Assembly (NCBI GenBank): GCA_002269645.1
Contig: NIVC01000242.1
Coordinates: 1-64,000, forward strand
Reading direction: 5' to 3'
Source: Macrostomum lignano
Lineage: Eukaryota
Length of the DNA: 64,000 nt
The translations under genes were made by a program, and so were the position numbers. This document shows positions 43,601 to 54,835 of the stretch, one piece after another. Numbering within the stretch: position 1 is the stretch's first letter; each line of letters starts with the position of its first letter. The notes beneath the pieces are model-generated. The model did not search any database and was not told the DNA's origin. It saw only the letters and a list, made by a program, of their open reading frames with translations.

Positions 43601-46600
43601 AACTCTACAAAGCCATGTTCCTTTCAACTTCCCTTCGTAATCCACTTCGCGGATCCAGGCAGCAGTGGGAGGCAGGCGGTTCAAGGCGAATCTATTTTGA
43701 AATCAGTGAATCGCATATACAGCACACAGTGCGGGATAAAAGTGCGGAAGGGTGCGATGAAAGGGCACGTCGGCGGACTGATGCGAGATTATTTGCGCGC
43801 AAACTGGCTATTCAGCAGGGACGCGCCGTAGAAGCGCTTTTTGCGTGTTTCTGCTGTGTCTGGTGCAGCCGGGCCGAGACTGGATTTGCCATGATGAATA
43901 GCCACGCCACGTCATAAAACACATTCGCTTCGTATCTTCGTATTAAATGACAAGTCAAAGGCACACACTTGCGACACAATCTTCGCATCAAACCATGCAC
44001 CGTGCGAGACATATTTTAAGCATGGGGCTCAAGCCAGCCCCCATACCTAGGACGGAAACGGCTGCACTGTACATAAGAGTGCGCTTGAATAAGAAAGATC
44101 AAACCATGTACACGCAGAAAAGTACAAATCGCAAACACGAATATATAAATGGGGGAAAGACAGTGACATGTCGGGAAAAGTCGGTGAGAGCGACTTTCCG
44201 TAGGCCGTAGTGCGTCGTACGTAGGCCAGTACGAAGTAGGAGTGAGTGACAAATGCGGGAGAATGAGTGACAGATGCGGTGAAGTAGTGAGTGACAGATG
44301 CGGTGAAGTAGTGAGTGACAGATGCGGGGAAGAGAGTGAGTGACAGATGCGGGGAAGTAGTGAGTGACAGATGCGGTAAAGTAGTGAGTGACAGATGCGG
44401 GGAAGAGAGTGAGTGACAGATGCGGGGAAGTAGTGAGTGACAGATGCGGGAGAATGAGTGACAGATGCGGTGAAGTAGTGAGTGACAGATGCAGTGAAGT
44501 AGGAGTGACAGATGCGGTGAAGTAGTGAGTGACAGATGCGGGGAAGAGAGTGAATGACAGATGCAGTGAAGGAGTGAGTGGACAGTCTGCGTTCGTGAGA
44601 TAATTGGTAGGTCATTACTATTGCATGCGATTCTTACAGCTTTACGGATATATGTATGAGCGGTTTATATATATATATATACATACGGCATATGTACTCC
44701 CATCGCGTTTTAATGAGCATTGCCAATTTTGAAATTTTTCAAATTAGGCAAAAAAGAAGATGCCATCATAAATGTGCGAGTATAACGATATGGATGTTGA
44801 TATGGATATGGTTTCGGATCTTACTTTATTCAGGCCTGAATTTCACTTGCAGCACCAGATGCGCAGGCATTAGTCACTATGCGCGGAATTCTGAGTCTTT
44901 TGATTAGTTATTCCCAGCTGCCCTTTGTTATGAGTTTCAATTAGGAATTGATCATTTGGATTTTGATATTCGTCAGTCAGTCAGTCAGCCAGGCAGTCAG
45001 GCAGTCAGGCAGTCAGTCAGTCAGTCAGCCAGTCAGGCAGTCAGTCAGGCAGGCAGGCAGTCAGGCAGTCAGTCAGTCAGTCAGTCAGTCAGTCAGTCAG
45101 CCAGTCAGGCAGGCAGTCAGGCAGTCAGTCAGTCAGTCAGTCAGTCAGTCAGCCAGTCAGTCAGTCAGTCAGCCAGTCAGTCAGTCAGGCAGGCAGGCAG
45201 GCAGGCAGTCAGTCAGCATTCCAACTCCCCCCTCCAGCAGTATCTGGGCCTGGCAGCTGACATTGGCGAACCATTCGCTGGATTGGCGGCAGCGGCAGCG
45301 GCCGCATCCTCAACGGCAAGCTCAGCCCAGGACACCGACCGGCTGGTACTGAACTTGGACATCCCGCTGGCTGATGCTGCGGCTGGTAGCCTTGGCGTCA
45401 GCGTCAAATCTTTGCCGTTGTCGAGCGGCAGCAATGGCAGCGCCAGCAGCGACTCCGGCGGCCGCGGCGTCTTTGTGAAAAGCGTCATCAGTGGAGGCGC
45501 CGCTTACAAGGTTTGTGGCCTTTATGGCACCCTGAGTTTTATGGCGAGGTCATGGCCTCAAACTGGCAGTATCTGACAGACACTGGGGTCAGCGGCCAGC
45601 GGGGTCATGACCTCACACTGGCAGTATCTGACAGACACTGGGGTCAGCGGGGTCATGACCTCAGACTGGCAGTATCTGACAGACACTGGGGTCAGCGGGG
45701 TCATGACCTCAGACTGGCAGTATCTGACAGACACTGGGGTCAGCGGGGTCATGACCTCAGACTGGCAGATACTGGGGTCAGCAAGGTCATGACCTCATGC
45801 AGAAAGCTGTCTCTGGAACTCCTTGTACAGGATGGCCGGCTCCGCGAGAACGACCAGCTGCTGTCCGTGAACGGCTACTCGCTGGAAGGCGTCAACAACA
45901 CGGAAGCGACGGCCACTCTGCGTCGAGCAATCCGCGAATGCGGCGGCCCGGGCGGCTGCCTCCGCCTGTCCATTGCCAGGCGTCAGCTGAGGCAGCAGCC
46001 GGGCTCCCAGCAGCACTGGCGGGCGCAGCACGGCAGGCACCATCAGCAGCAGGACTCCGGCTCCAGCGGTTGGCCACCTGCGTCTAGCATCAACACAGTC
46101 AGCAGCGTTGGCAGCAGCGGCAGCGTCACAGTCAGCGCTGATGTGCACCACTCGCCGCCGCTGCTGCCGGCCCTGGCCGAGGGTCGACCGACTGCGGCAT
46201 CGACTTCCGCCTCTAGCGAGGAGAACAGTCATCTGGCATCGCCCACAGCTCAGCAGCAGCAGCAACAGCAGGAACAGCAACAGCAACAGCAAAAGCAACA
46301 GCCGCCTCCTTTGCCTCCAGTGAGTTCCATTCAGTTTATGCCGAGGCTTCAAATTTAGTCACTACCTGATGTCTAACTGATGCGATATTTTTCTCTTTTT
46401 GCTGCTACATTTATTGAGTTGAGCATCTGTTGTCTTTTGTTGAGTTCATGTCTATCTATTTATTTTGCAATGGATATAGGTTAGGCTAATTAAGCTAGTT
46501 CGGCTCAGCAGGGGGTTGAGATTGCACTGGATTATAACAAATTATATATTAGAGTATTGACTATTGCGGTAATAAACCGCATGAGTGTAAAAATAGTGTT

Positions 46601-49600
46601 GTTTAAAGCATTCTGAACAAAAAAGCAAAAGGGAACCTGCTTCAGCGGCACAAACAGCAGCATCAGTATAGTGTTGCGCTTTTTCTTTCCTCTTCAACTT
46701 TCTCTCTATCCATCCCGCACCCTGTGTTGGCAGGCTGGGCAGTTGAGGGCTAGGAGAAGGCTTTAGCTCTGATTACGGTAGCCTTCGGTGCTAGGCTAGT
46801 TTGACTTGGCGCCTAATTTGATAACCTGCTGTCCTTCTGGCTATGCACTGGAGCCTTAATCTCTCCCTCTTGCCCTCCTATTTTTCAACCTTTCTCTCCT
46901 CACATTTAGTCAGTAAATACATATACATACACGAAGCTAATCCGTCATTCAGTTAGAGAGGTGGGCTGAAATGCATATAAGAAATCTTTAAGAAACTATT
47001 TTAGGTCACGATTGGTAAGCACTTGTGCTAGACTAAAAACTGCTTGATGAATCAACTTTACAGCGGTTAGAACTTGAATGTAGAACTCGGATACAGCATA
47101 GCAACGGTATCTTAATCCAAGTGTGGGACCATGGATACAGCATAGCAACGGTATCTTAATCCAAGTGTGGGACCATGACTACAGCATAGCAACGGTATCT
47201 TAATCCAAGTGTGTGACCATGGATACAGCATAGCAACGGTATCTTAATCCAAGTGTGGGACCATGACTACAGCATAGCAACGGTAGTAGCTTTATACAAG
47301 TGTGTGACCATGGATACAGCATAGCAACGGTAGCTTTATACAAGTGTGTGACCATGGATACAGCATAGCAACGGTAGTAGCTTTATCCAAGTGTGTGACC
47401 ATGACTACAGCATAGCAACGGTAGTAGCTTTATACAAGTGTGTGACCATGATACAGCATAGCAACGGTAGCTTTATCCAAGTGTGTGACCATGGATACAG
47501 CATAGCAACGGTATCTTAATCCAAGTGTGGGACCATGACTACAGCATAGCAACGGTAGTAGCTTTATACAAGTGTGTGACCATGGATACAGCATAGCAAC
47601 GGTAGCTTTATCCAAGTGTATGACCATGGATACAGCATAGCAACGGTAGCTTTATCCAAGTGTATGACCATGGATACAGCATAGCAACGGTAGCTTTATC
47701 CAAGTGTGTGACCATGACTACAGCATAGCAACGGTAGTAGCTTTATACAAGTGTGTGACCATGATACAGCATAGCAACGGTAGCTTTAACCAAGTGTGTG
47801 ACCATGACTACAGCATAGCAACGGTAGTAGCTTTATACAAGTGTGTGACCATGATACAGCATAGCAACGGTAGCTTTATCCAAGTGTATGACCATGGATA
47901 CAGCATAGCAACGGTAGCTTTATCCAATTGTGTGACCATGGATACAGCATAGCAACGGTAGCTTTATCCAATTGTGTGACCATGGATACAGCCAAGGTGC
48001 GGTGCAACTACACTAACCGATTAGTTGAACTCACTCGCTAGCAATGCACATTTTATAATACGCAAGCTCTAATAACTGATTCTGCTTTAGCTAAAATGCT
48101 GCGGCTGCGGATTAGCTAATCTCATTACACGGCTTATTGATTTTCTGTTTGCTCTCTCTTTTTTTCAGAGGCTATCATCGCTGTCGAGACGGTCTTGAGT
48201 GAAAGCTAGTCAGTTAGTGCTTTAGCAGCTTTTCATTCATATTTTTTTGTTAATCTCGTGTGCCATCTTTAAACTTTGCAATATCGGTGTCCGATTTAAG
48301 AGCTTGGAAGCTGGATTGAGCTTTAAAAAATTCCTCCATCTACCCTGCCCCACCCAGCTTTAGAAGTTAGCAGGTTATTTTTCCACTGTCTCCGCTTCTG
48401 TGGCTGCCGCATGTTTACTACTAATAATAATAAAACTCGCGTTTTGCGTTGGCAATTAACATTGGCTAATATAAAATATATTAGTAGCACCACGAGATCC
48501 CTTCGCTTCTTGATATTTTAGTATAGATGAAATTCTGAAATCGAGTACCTGTTTTTCGTGGAAAATTGCATCATTTTTCACCCAATTTTTGGTGCGCTTA
48601 CGTTGCCTCATTCGTGTGCCTGCACAGAAAATGAGGCTACAAGAGGAAGGAAACCCGACGTTAATTAGCGACAGAATCTTTGCAAATGTCAATTTTTAAT
48701 CGGCATATTCTACTCATAGTGGCAGTTAACGCATGTTGGCATGCAAAAATTTCTAATGGCTTTTTTTTAAGCAGCTAAGCCAAGTGACAGCCCAATCCCG
48801 ACTTGCCAACTCGCAGGAGGTCGCCGCTTTCGATTCACGCCGACAAGCCACAGACTCTCTGCCCCCCACCCCCGCCGCCGCGACACCGCTGACTGAGGCA
48901 CCGCTGACTGAGGCACCGCCAACACCGCCTCCTCGAGCGCCTCCACCTTCGACATCTTCGGCCACTATTGGCGATGCAGTCGCTGCCGCCGCTGCAGCAG
49001 CCGCAGCCGCCGCTGCAGCAGCCGCAGCCGCCGCCGCAACGGCCGCCGCAGTGTGCAACGCCAAGGAGGAGTGCGGAAAGAGGCGGTCCTGCTCGCTGGA
49101 TGAACTGCTGCTTGAGGACCGGGCGAATAATAGAGAGTAAGATTTCCTTGTGCTGCTTGCCTCTGCTCAGTGTTTCAGTGCCGTCCCAACCGGTTTTCAG
49201 ATGTTCTTCCAGCCATTTTGTGGGTATCTCTAATCGGTATTTGGGTACCGCTAACCGGTATTAAGACATCCCTAATCGGTATTTGGGTATCCCTAACCGG
49301 TATTAAGACATCCCTAATCGGTATTTGGGTATCCCCAATCGGTATTTAGGTATCACCAACCGGTAATTGGGTATCCCCAACCGGTATTTGGGTATCCCCA
49401 ACCGGTATTTAGGTATCCCCAACCGGTATTTAGGTACCCCCAACCGGTATTTAGGTATCCCCAACCGGTATTTAGGTACCCCCAACCGGTATTTAGGTAT
49501 CCCCAACCGGTATTTAGGTATCCCCAACCGGTATTTAGGTACCCCCAACCGGTATTTAGGTACCCCCAACCGGTATTTAGGTATCTCCAACCGGTATTTA

Positions 49601-52600
49601 GGTATCCCCAACCGGTATTTGAGTATCCCCAACAGATATCTTCCCCAACAGATATCTTCCCCAACCGGTATTTAGGCATCCCTAATCGGTATTTAGGTAT
49701 CCCCAACAGATATCTTCCCCAACCGGTATTTAGGCATCCCTAATCGGTATTTAGGTATCCCCAACAGATGTCTTCCCCAACCGGTATTTAGGCATCCCTA
49801 ATCGGTATTTAGGTATCCCCAACAGATATCTTCCCCAACCGGTATTTAGCTATTCGGCCATGATTCCCAATCAATGGCTAATTAACCCCGCAGCAGCGTG
49901 GCCAGCCCCCCGTCAGGTTGCGGCAGCGTAGTGCAGCTGCGCACCCATCGACCAGCCAGGCGTCGTTCAGCCATCGAGGCAGTCGTCGCTGCCGATGTTA
50001 ACAGCGACTGCGGTGCGAGTTCTACTACGGCGGCTACTTCGTCGGAAACAGCAGGTGCGGCCTTGGAACCCCCGTCGGTGGTCCCAGGTTCGAGTCTCAA
50101 GCTTAGTTTCATTTAATTGATGGTATTTACTCTAAGCTCCCGTCGGTGGTCCTAGGTTCGAGTCCCAATTTTCGTTTCATTTAATTAATGGTATTTTACT
50201 CTTTCCCTGGAAACTCCCGTCGGTGGTCCTAGGTTCGAGTCCCCAAGTTTAATTTAATTATTTTTGTGTTTTTAAACTTGCTTCACAACTAGGCGAGTGA
50301 ATATAAGCTGGAGTGGGCCAGTGCTGCAAGTTAAGCAGAGTTGGCTGTGGTTAGTATGCTCGGGTCCCCCTACGCCTACAGGGAGCCACAGTGATAGAAT
50401 GGAAAACTGATCTGAGCTCCAGTCCCCCTGCTGCGATAGGGCGGCAGCGCTTGAGCAGCAGTGAATGGCCAGAGCCTACCATCTTACTACTCAACTGATA
50501 GTAGCCAGTAGCGAACATCTTTCTGTTGCAATTATTTTACAGCAGCCCCGTTCAGCAGCGCCAGCCGTCCCCAGCAGCAGCAGCAGCAGCTGTACTACAG
50601 CGTGAACAACAACGTTGGTTACGACTCCTCGTCCTCCCGCTCGTCCTCCTCATCCGCCGCTGCTTCTCTGTCCGGCGGCTCCAGCGACAACAATGGCAGT
50701 GACCATAATAAAGCCGCATCGGCCGATTATGAGAACACGGCCGGTGTGCTCAGGGCGGCTGCTCAGAGCGGATTGCACTGCTTTGATCATCTCAATCGGC
50801 AGGCTCTGGTGCTGATGGAGCATCGGGCGGAGGCTGTGCCGGTGCCGCTGCCGCCAATTCTGCCACCTACTGTGCCGCTGCCATCCGGTCTGCCTAGGGA
50901 GCAGCGGCAGCACCATCAGCATCCTCCCCAGACTCCTCAGCCTGCGACTCAGTTAAATGCTCAGCCGCCGCAGTCTGGCGGCAAAAGAGGCTTCTTGCGC
51001 GGCCTGTTCAAGTGAGCTGATGGCTTATTGATAATTGATTTTTCATATCGACATCTATGATATCCGATCAAAACTCTCCCATGCCTAATAACTCCGTTAG
51101 GTACCGTTTTAGATGTGTCTTCAGGGATGTGTCTTCAGGGATGTGTCTTCAAGAATGTGTCTTTCGGATGTGTCTTCAGGGATGTGTCTTCAGGGATGTG
51201 TCTTCAGGGATGTGTCTTCAAGAATGTGTCTTTCGGATGTGTCTTCAGGGATGTGTCTTCAGGGATGTGTCTTCAAGAATGTGTCTTTCGGATGTGTCTT
51301 CAGGGATGTGTCTTCAAGAATGTGTCTTCAGGGATGTGTCTTCAGGGATGTGTCTTCAGGGGTGTGTTTTCAGGAATGTGTCTTCAGAAATGTGTCTTTA
51401 GGGATGTGTCTTCAAAGATGTGTTTTCGGGATATGTCTTCAACTATGTGGCTTCGGGATGTGGCTTCAGAGGTGTCTTTAGAAATGTGTCTTCAGGGATG
51501 TGTCTTCAAGAATGTGTATTTCGGATGTGTCTTCAGGGATGTGTCTTCAAGAATGTGTCTTTGGGATGTATCTTCAGGGATGTGTCTTCAAGAATGTGTC
51601 TTCAGGGATGTGTCTTCAGGGGTGTGTTTTCAGGAATGTGTCTTCAGGGATGTGTCTTCAGGGGTGTGTTTTCAGGAATGTGTCTTCAGAAATGTGTCTT
51701 CAAGAATGTGTCTTTGGGATGTATCTTCAGGGATGTGTCTTCAAGAATGTGTCTTTCGGATGTGTCTTCAGGGATGTGTCTTCAGGGATGTGTCTTCAGG
51801 GATGTGTCTTCAGGGATGTGTCTTCAAGAATGTGTCTTTCGGGTGTGTCTTCAGGGATGTGTCTTCAAGAATGTGTCTTTGGGATGTATCTTCAGGGATG
51901 TGTCTTCAAGAATGTGTCTTCAGGGATGTGTCTTCAGGGATGTGTCTTCAGGGGTGTGTTTTCAGGAATGTGTCTTCAGAAATGTGTCTTTAGGGATGTG
52001 TCTTCAAAGATGTGTTTTCGGGATATGTCTTCAACTATGTGGCTTCGGGATGTGGCTTCAGAGGTGTCTTTAGAAATGTGTTTTCAGGGACGTGTTTTCA
52101 GGGACGTGTTTTCGGGATTTGTCTTAAAGGATGTGGCTTCGGGGGTGTCTTCAGAAATGTTTCTTCAAGGATGTGTCTTTAGAAATTTGTCCTCAAGGGT
52201 GTCTTCAATTCTGTGTCTTCAGAGATGTGTCTTCTCAGAAATGGGTCCTCACGGATGGTGTCTTTAAGGATCTTCCGTCTGGTGATGTTTTCAGTTCCGC
52301 GTGCCTCAGTCTTACTGATACCTTTGCTATATCTACCAATTCCCCACTATATTCTCAGACTTCGTCGGCCCGGCCGGTCAAAGTCGCAGCACCAGCACCA
52401 GCTGCAGCAGCAGCAGCTGACGCAGCAGCACCGCAACCAGGGCGGCAGTCCGCGCCCGCTGGCCATCAAGCTGGACAGCTCGGAGCCGCCGTCCAATTCT
52501 GGCGGCCTCAGGCCCGATTCGGGCCACGCCTGGCTTGTCTCCTCCCCGCCGCCGCTGTCCCCGCCGCCTCCGCAACCGCCGCCGCCGCCTCCGCCGCCTA

Positions 52601-52827
52601 CGCAGCCGCCGCCGCTGCCACCTCCGCCGCCGACTCCGCCGCCGTTGCCACCGCCGCCGCCGGCGCGCTACAGTCCGCACAGCACGCAGGCGGGGGCTGG
52701 CGCGGCCGGTGCTGCAGCAGCTGCTGGCAGTGCTGGTGGCGCCCCCTCTGTCAGCGCTGTGGTTGGCGAAGAGCTCTACGCCACCGTCATCAAGAATCGG
52801 AAACTGCAGCCAGTTAGCGACTCCTAA
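31642..52827 (+). CDS. par-3: Par-3 / Bazooka polarity scaffold (9 exons, about 1288 aa after correcting one 1-bp frameshift)
   Basis: Exons: 31642-31959 (CR1 MKVTVSFGSTKLVVPCG...DGGILDWDD), 32255-32715 (PDZ1), 34149-34991 (PDZ2 GLGFSVTAK...DGRLKAGD), about 45217-45510 plus 45831-46319 (PDZ3 split at GGAAYK|DGRLRENDQL), 48775-49136 (RRSCSLDEL), 49894-50054, 50543-51011 (KRGFLRGLFK) and 52359-52827 (EELYATVIK, similar to PARD3 LYAQVKK). Splice phases are consistent apart from a missing C near 34598-34601. Confidence 0.92.
31985..32223. repeat. 21-bp minisatellite, about 11 copies (par-3 intron 1)
   Basis: Unit CCCATAGAGAAAGTGCAATCT. Confidence 0.95.
32796..34055. repeat. 40-bp minisatellite, about 31.5 copies, no indels (par-3 intron 2)
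   Basis: Unit TCTAGGGTCACCGGTGTGACCTTGCATTGTGACCGTATTG, varying at only three positions. Confidence 0.98.
35764..36665. repeat. 46-bp minisatellite, about 20 copies (par-3 intron 3)
   Basis: Unit AAGGACTACTCAAGTACTCGTAGGACGGATGATGCGTGTTTTACAC. Confidence 0.95.
36820..37045 (+). mobile_element. SINE fragment with family A central blocks but a different 3' tail
   Basis: GGGCCAACCTACAAGGCACAG, GGGCCGATGTACACCCTGTGTGAG and GCTCAGGGGTCAGCGGAATGGGCAG; tail ends TTAATAAAGCTTTTT. Confidence 0.7.
37575..38016. repeat. 20/21-bp minisatellite, about 21 copies
   Basis: Unit CTACGGATAGTCTAAG(G)GCAT. Confidence 0.95.
38040..38287 (+). mobile_element. tRNA-derived SINE (family B), second copy
   Basis: Highly similar to the reverse complement of 16860-17096; A box, B box and CORE-like domain present. 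Confidence 0.85.
38921..39070 (-). mobile_element. SINE family A, 3'-truncated copy
   Basis: Reverse complement matches the tRNA-like head and the first central block of 4006-4377. Confidence 0.85.
40525..41052. repeat. 25-bp minisatellite, about 21 copies
   Basis: Unit GCATAGACTGGATAAGGCGCCAGCT. Confidence 0.95.
41596..42432. repeat. Compound 20-bp then 16-bp minisatellite
   Basis: CTTAGGAAACCACCCACTCC units switch at about 41990 to CTTAGGAAACCACTCC units. Confidence 0.95.
44244..44580. repeat. 25-27-bp minisatellite, about 13 copies
   Basis: Unit approximately GAGTGACAGATGCGGGGAAGTAGT. Confidence 0.9.
44972..45216. repeat. (CAGT/CAGG)n microsatellite abutting par-3 exon 4
   Basis: Tetramer run ending directly at the CAG acceptor at 45216. 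Confidence 0.95.
45560..45793. repeat. 48-bp minisatellite, about 4.5 copies (par-3 intron 4)
   Basis: Unit CTGGCAGTATCTGACAGACACTGGGGTCAGCGGGGTCATGACCTCAGA. Confidence 0.95.
47090..47992. repeat. 41-46-bp minisatellite, about 21 copies (par-3 intron 5)
   Basis: Unit approximately GGATACAGCATAGCAACGGTATCTTAATCCAAGTGTGGGACCAT. Confidence 0.95.
49225..49848. repeat. 21-bp minisatellite (par-3 intron 6)
   Basis: Unit AACCGGTATTTAGGTATCCCC. Confidence 0.95.
50070..50245 (+). repeat. Three tandem 70-80-bp units, each with a tRNA B-box-like motif (par-3 intron 7)
   Basis: CCCGTCGGTGGTCCYAGGTTCGAGTCYC at about 50070, 50138 and 50216. Confidence 0.8.
51112..52265. repeat. 14-bp minisatellite with larger internal duplications (par-3 intron 8)
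   Basis: Unit GATGTGTCTTCAGG and variants; source of the MCLQGCVFRDVSS ORFs. Confidence 0.95.
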
Positions 52828-52887
52828 TAATTCTTTTAATAATGTGCTTTTGACTGCAGCTGCACCTCTGCTGGCTTGAATCGCCTG

Positions 52888-53330
52888 TCTCCCAGATCCT
52901 CAGTTGCTGGGCCAGCCTCCCAGATCCTCAGTTGCTGGGCCAGCCTCCCAGATCCTCAGTTGCTAAGCCAGCCTCCCAGATCCTCAGTTGCTGGGCCAGC
53001 CTCCCAGATCCTCAGTTGCTGGGCCAGCCTCCCAGATCCTCAGTTGCTGGGCCAGCCTCCCAGATCCTCAGTTGCTGGGCCAGCCTCCCAGATCCTCAGT
53101 TGCTGGGCCAGCCTCCCAGATCCTCAGTTGCTGGGCCAGCCTCCCAGATCCTCAGTTGCTGGGCCAGCCTCCCAGATCCTCAGTTGCTGGGCCAGCCTCC
53201 CAGATCATCAGTTGCTGGGCCAGCCTCCCAGATCCTCAGTTGCTGGGCCAGCCTCCCAGATCCTCAGTTGCTGGGCCAGCCTCCCAGATCCTCAGTGCTG
53301 GGCCAGCCTCCCAGATCCTCAGTTGCTGCG
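52888..53330 (+). repeat. 28-bp minisatellite, about 16 copies, just after the par-3 stop
   Basis: Unit CCCAGATCCTCAGTTGCTGGGCCAGCCT; the same family occurs inverted at 61945-63110. Confidence 0.95.
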
Positions 53331-53527
53331 GTCAGAATGTGCAATCACTCTAGACTTCATTAAGATAAAAGCTTTCCAAAGTCAGTTAGTTCACACTCGA
53401 CTGTCATAGGCAAAGCCGGTGCATGAAGTTTCCACCGATAACGCTGCTGTGATGTTAAAAATACTCTGGATTTTTTAAACTTGTATTCGCATTAAGTGAG
53501 TCTGTTTTTTTATTAATTTCTGTGTTA

Positions 53528-54835
53528 CGAGGGGCGTACTGAAAGTTTTGAGATATGGTTGACTCATAAGTCACAACTGCACAAATTTTTATGTACATAC
53601 TCTACCACCCTTAAGATGATTGGGTATAAATTTTCAGCCTTCGCGCTTTTGTCAATTTTTCACAATCACTCTTCAAAATCAATACCCCCTACCAAACTGT
53701 ACTTGCTCCAATGGAGTTGACAAACCGCGACTTTCGTGCCATGATAGTTTACGACCAGCGAAAAGGTCTCACGCAGGAGCAGTGCGTTGAAAGTTTACGT
53801 GCTGCCTTTGGAGACCAAGCCCCTTCACGTGCCACAGTTTTTCGTTGGTACAGCGAGTGTAAGTGGGGCCGAAGCAGCCTTGATGACGAGCCTCGGACGG
53901 GACGTCCAGCTTCCGCAGTCACGGATGAAAACATCGCTGCTGTTCGGAGAATGATTGACGAGGACCGGCGAGTGACCTGTGCCGAGATCAGAGACGCCCT
54001 CGGCATTGGATCGGCAGCGGTTACGACCATCCTGCACGACAAGCTGGGAGCCTCCAAGCGGTGTGCCCGATGGGTGCCCCACAACCTGACGGAGGACCAG
54101 AAAGCGGAGAGGGTGCGTTGGTGCGAGTTTATGCTCGAAAGATTCGATTCTGGGGCCTCGAAGCGATGCTGGGAGATCATCACAGGCGATGAGACCTGGG
54201 TCTACCAGTACGACCCGGAAACCAAGCAGCAGTCGGCAGTTTGGCTCCTTCCGGACGATGCCACCCCAACGAAGGTCAAGCGGGCCCGCAGCGTCGGGAA
54301 GCAGATGGTGGCGACTTTCTTCAGCCAGGCTGGCCACCTGGCGACTGTAGCGCTCCAAGACAGGCGGACAGTCAATGCCGACTGGTATATCAACCAGTGC
54401 CTGCCACTCGTGCTCGATGCGTGGCGCAGACGCCGGCCGCGCACCGGACTTCGTGGTCTGCTGCTGCACCACGACAATGCCAGTGCGCACACAGCTGCTG
54501 CAACATTGGCATTTCTGGCTGAAAATGGAGTCCAGTTGGTGACGTATCCCACATATTCCCCTGACCTGGCACCCTGCGACTTCTTTCTCTTCCCTTTGGT
54601 GAAGAACCAACTGCGTGGGACTCGGTTTGAGAGCCCTGAAGCAGCAAGATTCGAGTTCGAGCGGGTAGTGTCAGCAGTGCCAGAAGAACAGTGGGCTGGA
54701 GCCTGGACGCAGTGGTTTCACCGGATGAGGAAATGCGTACAAGCGGGTGGCAACTACTTTGAAAAGTTGTGACAAAAATTTTGCTTCAGACATTTGTGGT
54801 TTCGGTGTATCTCAAAACTTTCAGTATGCCCCTCG
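53528..54835 (+). mobile_element. Intact mariner (DD34D) transposon, 1308 bp, probably irritans-like
   Basis: 28-bp TIRs CGAGGGGCGTACTGAAAGTTTTGAGATA with 1 mismatch; TA TSD at 53526-53527 and 54836-54837. Confidence 0.95.
53711..54772 (+). CDS. Mariner transposase, 353 aa, uninterrupted
   Basis: N-terminal HTH, WVPHNL, TGDETW, HHDNASAH and YSPDLAPCD; 34 residues between the second and third Asp. Confidence 0.96.
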   Translation: MELTNRDFRAMIVYDQRKGLTQEQCVESLRAAFGDQAPSRATVFRWYSECKWGRSSLDDEPRTGRPASAVTDENIAAVRRMIDEDRRVTCAEIRDALGIGSAAVTTILHDKLGASKRCARWVPHNLTEDQKAERVRWCEFMLERFDSGASKRCWEIITGDETWVYQYDPETKQQSAVWLLPDDATPTKVKRARSVGKQMVATFFSQAGHLATVALQDRRTVNADWYINQCLPLVLDAWRRRRPRTGLRGLLLHHDNASAHTAAATLAFLAENGVQLVTYPTYSPDLAPCDFFLFPLVKNQLRGTRFESPEAARFEFERVVSAVPEEQWAGAWTQWFHRMRKCVQAGGNYFEKL

